Translations under genes and position numbers: made by a program
Part shown: one piece after another, positions 1-9,436 of the stretch
Numbering within the stretch: position 1 is the first letter of the stretch
Layout: every line of letters begins with the position of its first letter
Notes under the pieces: model-generated
The model's input: only the letters and a program-made list of their open reading frames with translations
Told to the model about the DNA's origin: nothing
Databases searched by the model: none
Source of the DNA: a virus
Lineage: Duplodnaviria > Caudoviricetes
IMG/VR virus record: IMGVR_UViG_3300027759_000043
Length of the DNA: 64,000 nucleotides
Reading direction: 5' to 3' (one strand)

Positions 1-14
1 AAAGGAATACTCAT

Positions 15-1253
15 ATGAAAAAAATTGGATTTATTGGAATCGGCAAATTGGGTCTTGATTGTGCTGAAGTCATGGCAGAGAAGCATGAAGTCAGGGGATA
101 TGATATTTACCCACGTGCCAGCGACTCGGTAAAAGTTTGTGACATTGACGAATTAGTCAACGAAAGTGAGTGGATCTTTATTGCTGTGCCCACTCCACAT
201 GCAGAAGGTTATGATGGATCAGTTCCATCAAGCCACATGGAGCCACGAGATTTTGGTCACGACGCTGTGATTGATGCTATCCATAAAGTCAATGCTCATG
301 CTAGATCACCCAAGAAGGTGGTGTTGATTTCCACAGTACTACCGGGCACCACACGCCGCAAGTTCTATCCCTTGCTGGACAAGCAACACCAGTTCCTGTA
401 CAACCCATACTTGATTGCCATGGGTTCGGTCAAGTGGGACATGGTCAATCCTGAAATGATCATGATCGGCACAGAAGATGGTGCCTGGAATGGCATCGCT
501 GGCGAACTCAAAGACTTGTATGACACAGTGATGCAAAACAATCCACGTTACGAAATTGGCACCTGGGACGAGTGCGAAAGTGTCAAGATCTTTTATAACA
601 CATTCATCTCTGCAAAAGTTGGCTTGGTCAACATGATCCAGGACTTTGCCTTGCGTATTGGCAACATCGACGTTGATGTGGTTACAAATGCTCTGGCACG
701 TAGCACTATGCGTATCATGGGACCTAAGTACATGACTGCAGGCATGGGAGATGCAGGTGCCTGCCATCCACGTGACAACATTGCTCTGCGTTGGTTGGCC
801 AAAGAATACGACATTGGTTATGACCTGTTTGACACAGTGATGCATGCTAGAGAAATTCAAGCAAAGAACCTTGCATTGTTCCTGGTAGATCAAGCCAAAC
901 AACGCACCATGAGCATAGTGATTCATGGTAAGGCCTACAAACCGGATGTGCCTTACTGTATCGGATCATACTCTACCTTGGTCGGGCACTACATCAAAGA
1001 AGCAGGACATAATGTTAGATATTTAGATCCATTGGCAGATGATCCTACTGAAGTAATTTCAGAATTGGTTGGTCCTGTTGTTATCCTGTGGGCACACAAT
1101 CGCAAGATCACATATGAATACACAGGTGATCAACCTGACACACTGCCGTACTGTGCTATTCCTCGAGGAAGTGTAATTGTTGATCCCTGGCGCAAACTAC
1201 CCAATATTGAAGGACTGACTGTGGTCCACTATGGCAACACCCGCAAAAAATAA
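15..1253 (+). CDS. UDP-glucose/GDP-mannose dehydrogenase family protein
   Basis: N-terminal GxGxxG (GFIGIGKLG), IAVPTP, YNPY, K..N (VKIFYNTF), catalytic Cys region GDAGACHPRD, GKAYKP. Confidence 0.9.
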   Translation: MKKIGFIGIGKLGLDCAEVMAEKHEVRGYDIYPRASDSVKVCDIDELVNESEWIFIAVPTPHAEGYDGSVPSSHMEPRDFGHDAVIDAIHKVNAHARSPKKVVLISTVLPGTTRRKFYPLLDKQHQFLYNPYLIAMGSVKWDMVNPEMIMIGTEDGAWNGIAGELKDLYDTVMQNNPRYEIGTWDECESVKIFYNTFISAKVGLVNMIQDFALRIGNIDVDVVTNALARSTMRIMGPKYMTAGMGDAGACHPRDNIALRWLAKEYDIGYDLFDTVMHAREIQAKNLALFLVDQAKQRTMSIVIHGKAYKPDVPYCIGSYSTLVGHYIKEAGHNVRYLDPLADDPTEVISELVGPVVILWAHNRKITYEYTGDQPDTLPYCAIPRGSVIVDPWRKLPNIEGLTVVHYGNTRKK

Positions 1254-1752
1254 CACTTGGGCTCAAGGACATGCTGAGCCCTGGTGGGGACTGCGCCACC
1301 GCGACCTGGCTTATTTCAATGAAGCATTCAATGATCCTGTGAGTCTCAGTGAATGGCGCGGCCTGGGCTACACCCAGAAAAAATTCACAGGTGACATGTA
1401 TGACATGCGCATGCCCGAACCTGAATGGATGCGCAAGTTTACAGATATTTTTCCGTTTCGAAATCTAAGTTGGAGTGTGTATCGCATGACTCCGGGTTGC
1501 GTGTTGCCCATGCACAGCGATACCTATAACCGATTCAAGGAAATATATGCTGTGCCAGACACTGCCACTGTGGTGCGTGTTATTGTGTACCTAGAAGATT
1601 GGGCCAGTGGCCACTACTGTGAAATGGCTGGTCGGCCCATTACAGGATGGCGTGCCGGAGATTGGGTGAGTTGGCACGATGACTTCCCTCACCTGGCAGC
1701 CAATATGGGCCGAACTGATCGTTATACATTACAACTCACAGGAACCTTATGA
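1231..1752 (+). CDS. 2OG-Fe(II)/cupin-like oxygenase (Asp/Asn beta-hydroxylase-like)
   Basis: HxD motif (PMHSD) and distal His (PHLAAN..R) in a double-stranded beta-helix-like context. Confidence 0.65.
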   Translation: MATPAKNNTWAQGHAEPWWGLRHRDLAYFNEAFNDPVSLSEWRGLGYTQKKFTGDMYDMRMPEPEWMRKFTDIFPFRNLSWSVYRMTPGCVLPMHSDTYNRFKEIYAVPDTATVVRVIVYLEDWASGHYCEMAGRPITGWRAGDWVSWHDDFPHLAANMGRTDRYTLQLTGTL

Positions 1753-2660
1753 TATCAAGCGTCAACGAATGGAGTCCATTAAAGAAGATTGTGGTAGGAA
1801 GTGCCACCGATGCCAACTGGCCTGTTAATGATCCTGTGTTTGCTAAAGAAGGTGAAAAGACTACCTGGAAAGAAACGCCTGTTCCACGTGGACCTGTCTC
1901 ACAGCGTATAATCGAAGAAACCAACGAGGACTTGGATGGTCTGGCATGGACCCTGATGAGCCTGGGTGTGGAAGTAGTACGTCCGGATCCACTCAACTTC
2001 CAGGTCTACGACGGCATGTACAATTATTGTCCACGTGACCGGCTACTGGTGCATGGTTCAACAGTGATCGATACTGCCATGATGTATCCCTGCAGAGACA
2101 TGGAACTGCAATGCTATCACGATATTGTCGAAGATGCTGAAGTGATTCACATGCCACGTGGTCAAGGTCTGGTACTGGATGCGGCTAACGTATGTAGACT
2201 AGGCGATAGTATGCTGTTTTTGGAGTCAGCAAGTGGCAATCGTGCCGCTTATGATTGGCTATGCGAGCAATTTCCTGATGTGACTATCGAACTGTGTAAC
2301 TTTTATGCTGGTGTGCATATTGATTCAACTATTGTGCCGCTACGTGAAGGCTTGGTCATGCTCAATGCTAGCCGTGTTAGTTTTGATACTGTACCCAAGG
2401 TATTTGATGGTTGGCACAAGATTTGGGTCACGGATGTGGTAGCACAGGACTTTTATAAATATCCTTATGCATCAAAATGGATAGCCATGAATATGTTAGT
2501 AGTCGACCCTCACACTGTCATATGCGATCGTAATCAAATTGAATTGATTAAAACTTTAAAAAGTTATCAATTTGAAGTTATTCCTCTTGAACTTAGACAC
2601 AGTCGCACACTAGGTGGTGGCTTTCATTGTGTCACACTAGACCTGCACCGTGAGTCATGA
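1749..2660 (+). CDS. Amidinotransferase (glycine / inosamine-phosphate amidinotransferase family)
   Basis: NEWSPLKKIVVG start, CPRD, HIDST, MNMLVVD, C-terminal GGGFHCVTLD with catalytic Cys. Confidence 0.9.
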   Translation: MISSVNEWSPLKKIVVGSATDANWPVNDPVFAKEGEKTTWKETPVPRGPVSQRIIEETNEDLDGLAWTLMSLGVEVVRPDPLNFQVYDGMYNYCPRDRLLVHGSTVIDTAMMYPCRDMELQCYHDIVEDAEVIHMPRGQGLVLDAANVCRLGDSMLFLESASGNRAAYDWLCEQFPDVTIELCNFYAGVHIDSTIVPLREGLVMLNASRVSFDTVPKVFDGWHKIWVTDVVAQDFYKYPYASKWIAMNMLVVDPHTVICDRNQIELIKTLKSYQFEVIPLELRHSRTLGGGFHCVTLDLHRES

Positions 2661-3211
2661 ACATTGCTTGGTTGTTTGCCGAAAACACCCTGCTACCTCC
2701 TGCCACAGATGTACAGGCCATAAAGAATGTGGCACCCATATGGGGCTCATGGCGCACACAACGTGGCTATCAAACTGACAATGTAATCTGTTGGGATCCT
2801 GAGCAAGCCACGCAACTGGTAGCGCAAGGTTATAATGCTATCTGTAATCTTTTTGTACATCAGTTGGTTTATGACGAACTAGATAAACCAGATGGTGTGC
2901 GGGCGTTCGGCGGAGAGTTTGTGCATGAGGTAGACTCACACGATGATGTTGTGGGCATGCATCTAGTGGCCAGCGCCGCAGATGTTATTCTTATGGTGGG
3001 ATTTGATTTCGCCGAACCAAAAAACCCAACTGAATCCCGAACCAACTATTTGGGTTTAGCCGCACAAGTGGTAAAGGATTACCCAAAACAGCAATGGGTC
3101 TTGATTGATCACTCAACCGAATTGGCCAAACCATTTCATGGCCAGGAAAATATCACTTGCGACAAAATGAAAAATGTGTTACAATTACTGATGTTTAACA
3201 CAACCGAATGA
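2657..3211 (+). CDS. Hypothetical phage protein
   Basis: ORF coupled by ATGA overlap; MVGFD motif; no confident family. Confidence 0.6.
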   Translation: MNIAWLFAENTLLPPATDVQAIKNVAPIWGSWRTQRGYQTDNVICWDPEQATQLVAQGYNAICNLFVHQLVYDELDKPDGVRAFGGEFVHEVDSHDDVVGMHLVASAADVILMVGFDFAEPKNPTESRTNYLGLAAQVVKDYPKQQWVLIDHSTELAKPFHGQENITCDKMKNVLQLLMFNTTE

Positions 3212-3214
3212 CGT

Positions 3215-4234
3215 ATGACTGCTCGAATTGGCTTTTGTTGTAAATGGCTTAATGACCCTAGTGAGTGTGGGGGTATGAAAGTCAATGCTGTGGACCGTGA
3301 CCTAAACGGCAGATCTACCACCATGCGCTGGTTGCGTGAACATCCTGCAGACGCCGATCAGCGTCAGTGGGACATCATGAACCACAATGCGGCAGCCGCA
3401 GTGCGATTGATTGAGCGTGTGGCCACATTACCTGAGGGTCGTAGAATGGTCCGTCTAGGCAGTGAGATGCTACAAGGCTACACTGAGAAAGATTGGATCA
3501 ACTGGTGGCAACGTACTGAAATTCAAGATCACTGTGCTAAAATATTTGCTCCTGTGGGCGATACTGCTCGGAGGCTTGGCGTTCGGCTATCCTTCCATCC
3601 AGGGCAATTTTGTGTGCTGGCAAGTGAAAGTGATGAGATTGTGGAACGATCCATCCTCGAGTTTGAATACCATGCTGACATGGCACGGTGGATGGGCTAC
3701 GGAGAAACCTGGCATGATCATGGATTCAAGATCAACGTACACTTGTCGGGCAAAGGCGGCCCTGCTAAGTTTTTGCAAACACTCAAGCGATTGAGTCCCG
3801 AGGCTCGCAACCTCATAACTATCGAAAATGATGAGATGACAAATGGATTGGACACTACTTTGGCTGTGGCTCAGCATGTGGCTCTTGTGTTGGATGTACA
3901 TCACCACTGGATCAACTCAGGCGAATACATCTCGCCCACGGACGTTCGCACAAGTAGGGTTATTGACTCTTGGCGTGGTGTTCGTCCTGCAATGCATTTT
4001 AGTACTAGTCGCGAGGACGTTTTGGTCGACCATGATCGAACAGTTCGACCAGACCTTGCTGAACTTCTTGCTAGAGGTTATAAAAAGCAGAAACTCCGAG
4101 CGCACAGTGACTTCTGTTGGAATCGGGCTGTGAACGACTGGGTCTTGGGCTTTGCTGACGACTTTGACATACAAGTAGAAGCCAAAGGCAAGAACTTGGC
4201 TAGTCAGCAGTTGTTTGACCAGTCAAATCTGTAA
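3215..4234 (+). CDS. uvsE: UV damage endonuclease
   Basis: RIGFCC start, RLSFHPGQFCVL, IENDE, LDVHHH, HFS, RAHSD, VEAKGK motifs. Confidence 0.9.
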   Translation: MTARIGFCCKWLNDPSECGGMKVNAVDRDLNGRSTTMRWLREHPADADQRQWDIMNHNAAAAVRLIERVATLPEGRRMVRLGSEMLQGYTEKDWINWWQRTEIQDHCAKIFAPVGDTARRLGVRLSFHPGQFCVLASESDEIVERSILEFEYHADMARWMGYGETWHDHGFKINVHLSGKGGPAKFLQTLKRLSPEARNLITIENDEMTNGLDTTLAVAQHVALVLDVHHHWINSGEYISPTDVRTSRVIDSWRGVRPAMHFSTSREDVLVDHDRTVRPDLAELLARGYKKQKLRAHSDFCWNRAVNDWVLGFADDFDIQVEAKGKNLASQQLFDQSNL

Positions 4235-4263
4235 CAAAATTGTAACACAAATTGGCCTAAATA
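4229..4263 (+). promoter_or_regulatory. Pho box plus TAAATA motif upstream of pstS
   Basis: CTGTAAC-AAAA-TTGTAAC (4229-4246, 11-bp period), then 11 nt, then TAAATA. Confidence 0.85.
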
Positions 4264-4286
4264 ATTGTCTAACCAAGGAGACTTTA

Positions 4287-5291
4287 GTGAAACAATTATT
4301 TGCAATCTTACTAGCGTCAATATCAATCTCAGCATCAGCACAGACCATAACAGGTGCTGGTGCAACATTCCCATACCCTATCTATTCCAAGTGGTCAGAA
4401 CTTTATAACAAAGAAACTGGCGTAGCACTCAACTATCAATCAATTGGGTCCAGTGGCGGCATTCGTCAAATTGATGCCCGTACAGTCACATTTGGTGCAA
4501 CTGATGCGCCTGTGCCTGGCGACAAACTAGACAAGAACGGTCAAGTACAGTTTCCCGCTATCATTGGCGGCACAGTTCCTATTGTGAACCTGGATGGATT
4601 CAAGCCCGGCGAGTTGCGTATTACAGGTCCTGTAATGGCAGAAGTGTTCTTGGGTGAAATCTCCAAATGGAATGATCCAAAGTTGGCGGCACTTAATCCA
4701 GGTAAAAAATTGCCTGACTTAGAAATTACTATTGTGCATCGTGCAGACGGTTCAGGTACTACATTTAACTGGACAGACTACTTGACAGTGGTCAGCACCA
4801 AATGGGCCGAAAAAGTAGGCAAAGGCGCCGCAGTTAAATGGCCAGCCGCAACATCAGTGGGCGGCAAAGGCAACGAAGGTGTTGCTGCCAATGTACAACG
4901 TGTTAAGGGCTCCATTGGCTATGTTGAATATGCCTATGTTAAAAAGAACAACTTGACTTTCTTGCAGTTGCAAAACAAGTCAGGCAAGTATGTCAGTCCA
5001 GATGATCTAACATTTGCTGCCGCGGCAGCCGGTGCTGATTGGTTCTCAGTCTCAGGTATGGGCGTGAGCATTGTGGATCAAAAGGGTGATGCTGTTTGGC
5101 CAGTGAGTACAGCCAGTTTTATCATCATGTACAAAGATCCCACAGACAAGAAAGCCAGCCAAGATACGTTGAAGTTCTTTGACTGGGCGTTCAAGAACGG
5201 TAAGAAAGCCGCAGAGGAATTGGACTATGTGGCCTTACCAGATAGCCTAACAAAGCAAATTCGCGAGCGAGTCTGGAGCCAGATTAAATAA
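4287..5291 (+). CDS. pstS: Phosphate ABC transporter substrate-binding protein; start revised to GTG 4287 behind AGGAG
   Basis: Signal peptide, GAGATFPYP, YQSIGSSGG, RADGSGTT, GSIGYVEY. Confidence 0.95.
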   Translation: MKQLFAILLASISISASAQTITGAGATFPYPIYSKWSELYNKETGVALNYQSIGSSGGIRQIDARTVTFGATDAPVPGDKLDKNGQVQFPAIIGGTVPIVNLDGFKPGELRITGPVMAEVFLGEISKWNDPKLAALNPGKKLPDLEITIVHRADGSGTTFNWTDYLTVVSTKWAEKVGKGAAVKWPAATSVGGKGNEGVAANVQRVKGSIGYVEYAYVKKNNLTFLQLQNKSGKYVSPDDLTFAAAAAGADWFSVSGMGVSIVDQKGDAVWPVSTASFIIMYKDPTDKKASQDTLKFFDWAFKNGKKAAEELDYVALPDSLTKQIRERVWSQIK

Positions 5292-5340
5292 ACAAACCGC
5301 ACACAACGATAGAGTGTGACCAGAACTCGTAACTGGTACT

Positions 5341-5364
5341 AAGCACCGCAAGGTGCTTTTTTTT
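5341..5364 (+). terminator. Rho-independent terminator
   Basis: AAGCACC-GCAA-GGTGCTT followed by T-run. Confidence 0.85.
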
Positions 5365-5415
5365 GGGCTAGTTTTAAACTTAGACACGGTAAATACATCA
5401 AAAGGGCTGTTTACT

Positions 5416-7866
5416 GTGTCTATAAAAAAACCTTCCGCTGTTGAGTCAATATACGTTACTACCACTGATATTACTCCTGTTAAAAAACCTTCCGCGGTTA
5501 ATTCGGCATACGTTACTACTGCTAATACCACTGACATTACTCCTGTTACAAAACCTTCCGCGGTTAATGCACCGCAAGTTATCACCGATACTAATCCGGT
5601 TACAAAACCTTCTACGGTTGATTCCCCATATGTTACTCCGGATACTACTCCTACTAGACTTGCTGCCGCACCTGTAGCCGGTGGTGGAATCTCCACTGTA
5701 GTTGCCGCTGTCGCTAATACTGTGTCTGCTGATGCTAATACAGATACTAGCACATCCAGCACAGGATCAAATGTTTCTTATTACGCCTCAGGAATCGAGG
5801 GCATTGCTGGCCTGGTCAACTATGGCCGAGTGTTTGATGGAGCCAATGTGTATGTTACCCTGGAGCAACAGCAATACAATACCTACAATCAAACAATTGG
5901 AATCGGCAACAGTATCAGTGTAACAGGCAATATTACCAGTGGTGGATACTTTATTGGCAATGGTTCACAACTAACAGGATTGGCCGCAACTTATGGCAAC
6001 GCAAATGTAATCACTTTGTTGTCTAGTTTGGGCAGTAATATCATCAGTGGTACAGGTAACATCACAACCACTGCCAACATCAGTGGCGGTTATATCCTAG
6101 GTAACGGCAGTCAATTGAGTGGTATTCCTGCCAGTTATGGCAATGCTAATGTTGTGGCTAACTTGGCGTTGCTAGGTTCAAACCCGGTCAGCACCACAGG
6201 TAATGTGACTGCTGGCTACGTGATTGGTAATGGATCCACATTGACCAGTATTGCTGGCGCCAACGTCACAGGCACTGTGGCCAATGCAACCTATGCGGTG
6301 TCAGCAGGATCAGCAACCAGTGCAACCACATCTAGTACAGTGACAACTGCGGCACAGTCAAATATAACTTCAGTTGGTATATTAAGCAGTTTAAGTTCTA
6401 CAGGTAATGTCACAGGTGGCAACATACTAACTGCTGGTATAATAAGTGCCACAGGTAACATTGCTGGCAACGTATTCATTGGTAATGGTTCACAGTTGAC
6501 TGGTCTACCAGCAACGTATGGCAATGCCAACGTTGTGGCCAATTTAGCAGCCTTGGGTTCAAATCCGGTAAGCACTACAGGCAATGTGACTGGTGGTAAT
6601 TTATTATTTGGACCGGGCATCATTAGTGGCACCGGCAACATAACTGGTGGCAACTTAGATTTATCTTACATGGGCGGCGCGGCAAAAGGTAATCTTACCG
6701 GTGGTAATATATCAGTAACTGGCAACATCACTGGTGGTAACTTGTTAACAGGTGGACTGTTATCAACTGGTGGCAATGTAACTGGTGGAAATATTTTAAC
6801 AGCCGGAGCCGTGAGTGCCTCCAGTACAATTACTGGTGCCAACTTATCAACAGGTGGAACGGTAAGTGCTACCGGTAATGTCGCAGGTGGCAATATCGTA
6901 ACTGGTGGACTGATCTCCGCCACAGGCAATATAACTTCAGCCGGTAACATATTAAATCAAGGCTTTGTATCAAGTACTGGCAATGCCATACACGGCAACA
7001 TCTTAACTGGTGGGCTTGTGAGTGCAACTGGTAATATTACTAGTGGTAATTTGTCAGTAGTAGGAACTATCAATGGTAGCAATATTAATTTAGGATTTAA
7101 CTTATCGGCAACTGGTACAGTGACTGGTTCAAATTTCAATACTACTGGGCTAATAAGTGCAGGCGGTAATGTCACAGTCGGTAACCTACTAACTGCTGGC
7201 ATAATATCAGCAACATCAACAATTACAAGTGCCGCCAACGTAACAGGTGGCAACATCTTAACTGCTGGTGTTGTGACTGCCACAGGCAATATTGTCACAG
7301 CCGGTAACTTTGTGGGCAACGGTGCCGCATTAACCAATGTCACTGTGAGTGTGGCCGGTAACATCATTGGCACACAGTCAAATGTAACCTTGGTAGCCGG
7401 CTCATACAATTGGACATTTAACAACACCGGTAACTTGACTTTGCCCGGCAACACGTTTGCTGTAAACTACGCCAACAACACACAGGTGAATGCGGTCACA
7501 AGATTTGAAGGTGCTTGGACTGTGCCCGTGGGCAACAGCACCCAAAGTTTCACTGTGACACCCAGCGAGACCTACTACATGTGGGTTGATTGCAATATCC
7601 CCAATGGTATCTTGTCCTGGAACGCCACGGCCTCCGTTACCAACACCAACGTACCTGTTGTGGGTGTTCAGTATGCCTGGGTCTACAACGGTGGTGGAAC
7701 ACCTATTGATTTTACCAGCATACCCAATCAGTTTATAGGCACTGCCAACACCATAGTTCGTAGCAATGTGGCTCCTAGTTCAACTACCAATAGATTTGAC
7801 TTTGGAATCAACAACACCAGCGGCGCCAGTCAGACGGTGCGTTACGGTTGGATCGCAATCAGTTGA
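5416..7866 (+). CDS. Tail fibre / virion adhesin-like repeat protein; start uncertain, GTG 5416 preferred because the track start lies inside the terminator
   Basis: TAAATA upstream; Thr/Pro-rich N-terminal repeats then many (S/A)TGN(I/V)TGGN repeats. Confidence 0.75.
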   Translation: MSIKKPSAVESIYVTTTDITPVKKPSAVNSAYVTTANTTDITPVTKPSAVNAPQVITDTNPVTKPSTVDSPYVTPDTTPTRLAAAPVAGGGISTVVAAVANTVSADANTDTSTSSTGSNVSYYASGIEGIAGLVNYGRVFDGANVYVTLEQQQYNTYNQTIGIGNSISVTGNITSGGYFIGNGSQLTGLAATYGNANVITLLSSLGSNIISGTGNITTTANISGGYILGNGSQLSGIPASYGNANVVANLALLGSNPVSTTGNVTAGYVIGNGSTLTSIAGANVTGTVANATYAVSAGSATSATTSSTVTTAAQSNITSVGILSSLSSTGNVTGGNILTAGIISATGNIAGNVFIGNGSQLTGLPATYGNANVVANLAALGSNPVSTTGNVTGGNLLFGPGIISGTGNITGGNLDLSYMGGAAKGNLTGGNISVTGNITGGNLLTGGLLSTGGNVTGGNILTAGAVSASSTITGANLSTGGTVSATGNVAGGNIVTGGLISATGNITSAGNILNQGFVSSTGNAIHGNILTGGLVSATGNITSGNLSVVGTINGSNINLGFNLSATGTVTGSNFNTTGLISAGGNVTVGNLLTAGIISATSTITSAANVTGGNILTAGVVTATGNIVTAGNFVGNGAALTNVTVSVAGNIIGTQSNVTLVAGSYNWTFNNTGNLTLPGNTFAVNYANNTQVNAVTRFEGAWTVPVGNSTQSFTVTPSETYYMWVDCNIPNGILSWNATASVTNTNVPVVGVQYAWVYNGGGTPIDFTSIPNQFIGTANTIVRSNVAPSSTTNRFDFGINNTSGASQTVRYGWIAIS
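5424..5660 (+). repeat. In-frame degenerate tandem repeats encoding KPSAV...T(T/D)ITPV units
   Basis: About four AAAACCTTC(C/T)(G/A)C(T/G)G anchors with spacings that are multiples of 3. Confidence 0.8.
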
Positions 7867-7867
7867 T

Positions 7868-8572
7868 ATGATCATACAAGGTGTAACACTGACTGGCGTT
7901 GCTGTATATGATGGTGTTGTATCCAGTGGGCTACAATTATATCTTGATGCGGCCAGTTCCTCAAGTTATCCAGGTTCGGGCACCACTTGGTTTGATCTAA
8001 GCGGCAACGGCAACGACGTTGCGATGCAGAATTCGGGCAGTATCTCGTACACTGCATCAGGTGGTGGATACTTTACTTTGGCCAGCAATGGCTATTTTAA
8101 CCGAGCCTCAACCACCGGCATTCCCACAGGCACAAGTGCTTATACATTTAGTGTATGGATACAAAAGGGAGCAAGTTGGGGCGGCAACGGCATGATTGGT
8201 GTGGGTAGTTCAACTACTACTAATCAAACCAATCAATTTAGAACTACCAGCACAAATGCGTATGTAAACTATTGGTATGGTAACGATCTAGCCGCAACCA
8301 GCACACTTAGTCCTGCATCACAATGGTTTAATGCTGTGGCACAATGGGATGGGACCACTAGAAAAATCTGGGTCAACGGTACACAACTCAGCAGTGCCGG
8401 GGCCAGTGGACTCAATGTATCCTCAAGTCTACTACAAGTCGGTGCAACCAATGTTGGCGGTAGTGAACCTTTACAAGGCAACATTGGTCAAGCATTGATC
8501 TATAACCGTGCATTAACTTCAACAGAAATTCAACAAAATTACACTGCAACCCGAACAAGGTACGGAGTCTAA
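7868..8572 (+). CDS. Concanavalin A-like / LamG domain virion protein; start revised to ATG 7868
   Basis: LQLYLDA..SYPGSGTTWFDLSGNGN, W..V..WDG...KIWVNG, GNIGQALIYNRALT. Confidence 0.85.
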   Translation: MIIQGVTLTGVAVYDGVVSSGLQLYLDAASSSSYPGSGTTWFDLSGNGNDVAMQNSGSISYTASGGGYFTLASNGYFNRASTTGIPTGTSAYTFSVWIQKGASWGGNGMIGVGSSTTTNQTNQFRTTSTNAYVNYWYGNDLAATSTLSPASQWFNAVAQWDGTTRKIWVNGTQLSSAGASGLNVSSSLLQVGATNVGGSEPLQGNIGQALIYNRALTSTEIQQNYTATRTRYGV

Positions 8573-8600
8573 TAAATACTCCAGCCCAAAGGAATTGCCT

Positions 8601-8765
8601 ATGAGTTGGTTCAGAAGACTCCCACACCGTTATCCGCCTGCAACCCCTGCTCCTGCACCGCATAGAACCAGTCCTGCTAGTGATCTAGCACTAGAACAAG
8701 CCAAAAAAATTGGCCCAAGCAGTCATAAAAATGTCAAAAAATCCCGCCCTATAAATAAGGAATGA
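8601..8765 (+). CDS. Small basic Pro-rich hypothetical protein (54 aa; not in track)
   Basis: TAAATA and AAAGGA upstream; MSWFRRLPHRYPP...; stop overlaps next ATG. Confidence 0.55.
   Translation: MSWFRRLPHRYPPATPAPAPHRTSPASDLALEQAKKIGPSSHKNVKKSRPINKE
8720..8757 (+). promoter_or_regulatory. Probable Pho box plus TATAAATA upstream of the GATase-like gene
   Basis: CAGTCAT-AAAA-ATGTCAA (8720-8737), TATAAATA at 8750-8757. Confidence 0.6.
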
Positions 8766-9409
8766 AACCCACTATAGCCCTGTTCATTTACGATCCCAAG
8801 TGTAGTGTACAAAGCGGCAATGGCATTATTCGAGCATTACAATCACACTACAACTTCAAGATATTCGGCAAGAATGAACTGGAAAAAGTTTTCTTTGACG
8901 ATGTGGACATGATTGCAGTTCCGGGCGGACTGGGTGATGCCAGTAGTTATGAAACTGCATTTAGGTACAATGCTCAGCCAGTACGAGATTTTGTAGCACA
9001 GGGTGGTCGATACCTTGGCATCTGTATGGGTGCTTACTGGGCCGGAAGTCACTATCTTGATATACTGCAAGATGCGGATGCTGAACAATACATTTGTCGC
9101 CCTGGAACAGACACACGTAGGCCACATGCTAAAAATTTAGATGTGCATTGGAATCATGTTCCTCAAAAAATGTTCTTTTATGATGGCTGTGCCTTGGTAG
9201 GCGATACAAACAAATTCCGAACTGTGGCAACCTATGCTAATGGTGATCCCATGGCTATTCAGCAAAACAACATTGGCCTAATAGGATGTCATCCCGAAAG
9301 TGAACAGTTCTGGTTCGACAGTTATTCATGGATGCGGGGTCGATATCACGGCGGAGAGCATCACAGGCTCTTACTTGAATTTGTTGATCAAATGTTTGTC
9401 ACAAAATAG
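8762..9409 (+). CDS. Class I glutamine amidotransferase-like (BPL-N type) protein
   Basis: AVPGGLG, GGRYLGICMGAY (Cys elbow), GCHPE (His-x-Glu). Confidence 0.8.
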   Translation: MKPTIALFIYDPKCSVQSGNGIIRALQSHYNFKIFGKNELEKVFFDDVDMIAVPGGLGDASSYETAFRYNAQPVRDFVAQGGRYLGICMGAYWAGSHYLDILQDADAEQYICRPGTDTRRPHAKNLDVHWNHVPQKMFFYDGCALVGDTNKFRTVATYANGDPMAIQQNNIGLIGCHPESEQFWFDSYSWMRGRYHGGEHHRLLLEFVDQMFVTK

Positions 9410-9430
9410 TAACACAGATCTGCCTAAATA
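9396..9430 (+). promoter_or_regulatory. Pho box plus TAAATA motif upstream of plcP
   Basis: TTGTCAC-AAAA-TAGTAAC (9396-9413), then 11 nt, then TAAATA; shares GCCTAAATA with the pstS site. Confidence 0.8.
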
Positions 9431-9436
9431 CTTGCT

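Noticed and set aside
5353-5415. Track start of the 837-aa fibre ORF
   Set aside because: It begins inside the pstS terminator and upstream of the TAAATA promoter, so a later start is more plausible.
5424-5660. Repeats of about 16-20 bp with variable spacers resembling a CRISPR array
   Set aside because: Spacings are multiples of 3, the repeats are degenerate, the spacers resemble each other, and the region lies in an open frame; no cas genes are present.
6291-7454. Minus-strand ORFs rich in LPPVTLP (also 50834-52051 and 55627-55824)
   Set aside because: These are antisense shadows of GGN/AAC/ACT-rich fibre repeats with no RBS or promoter.
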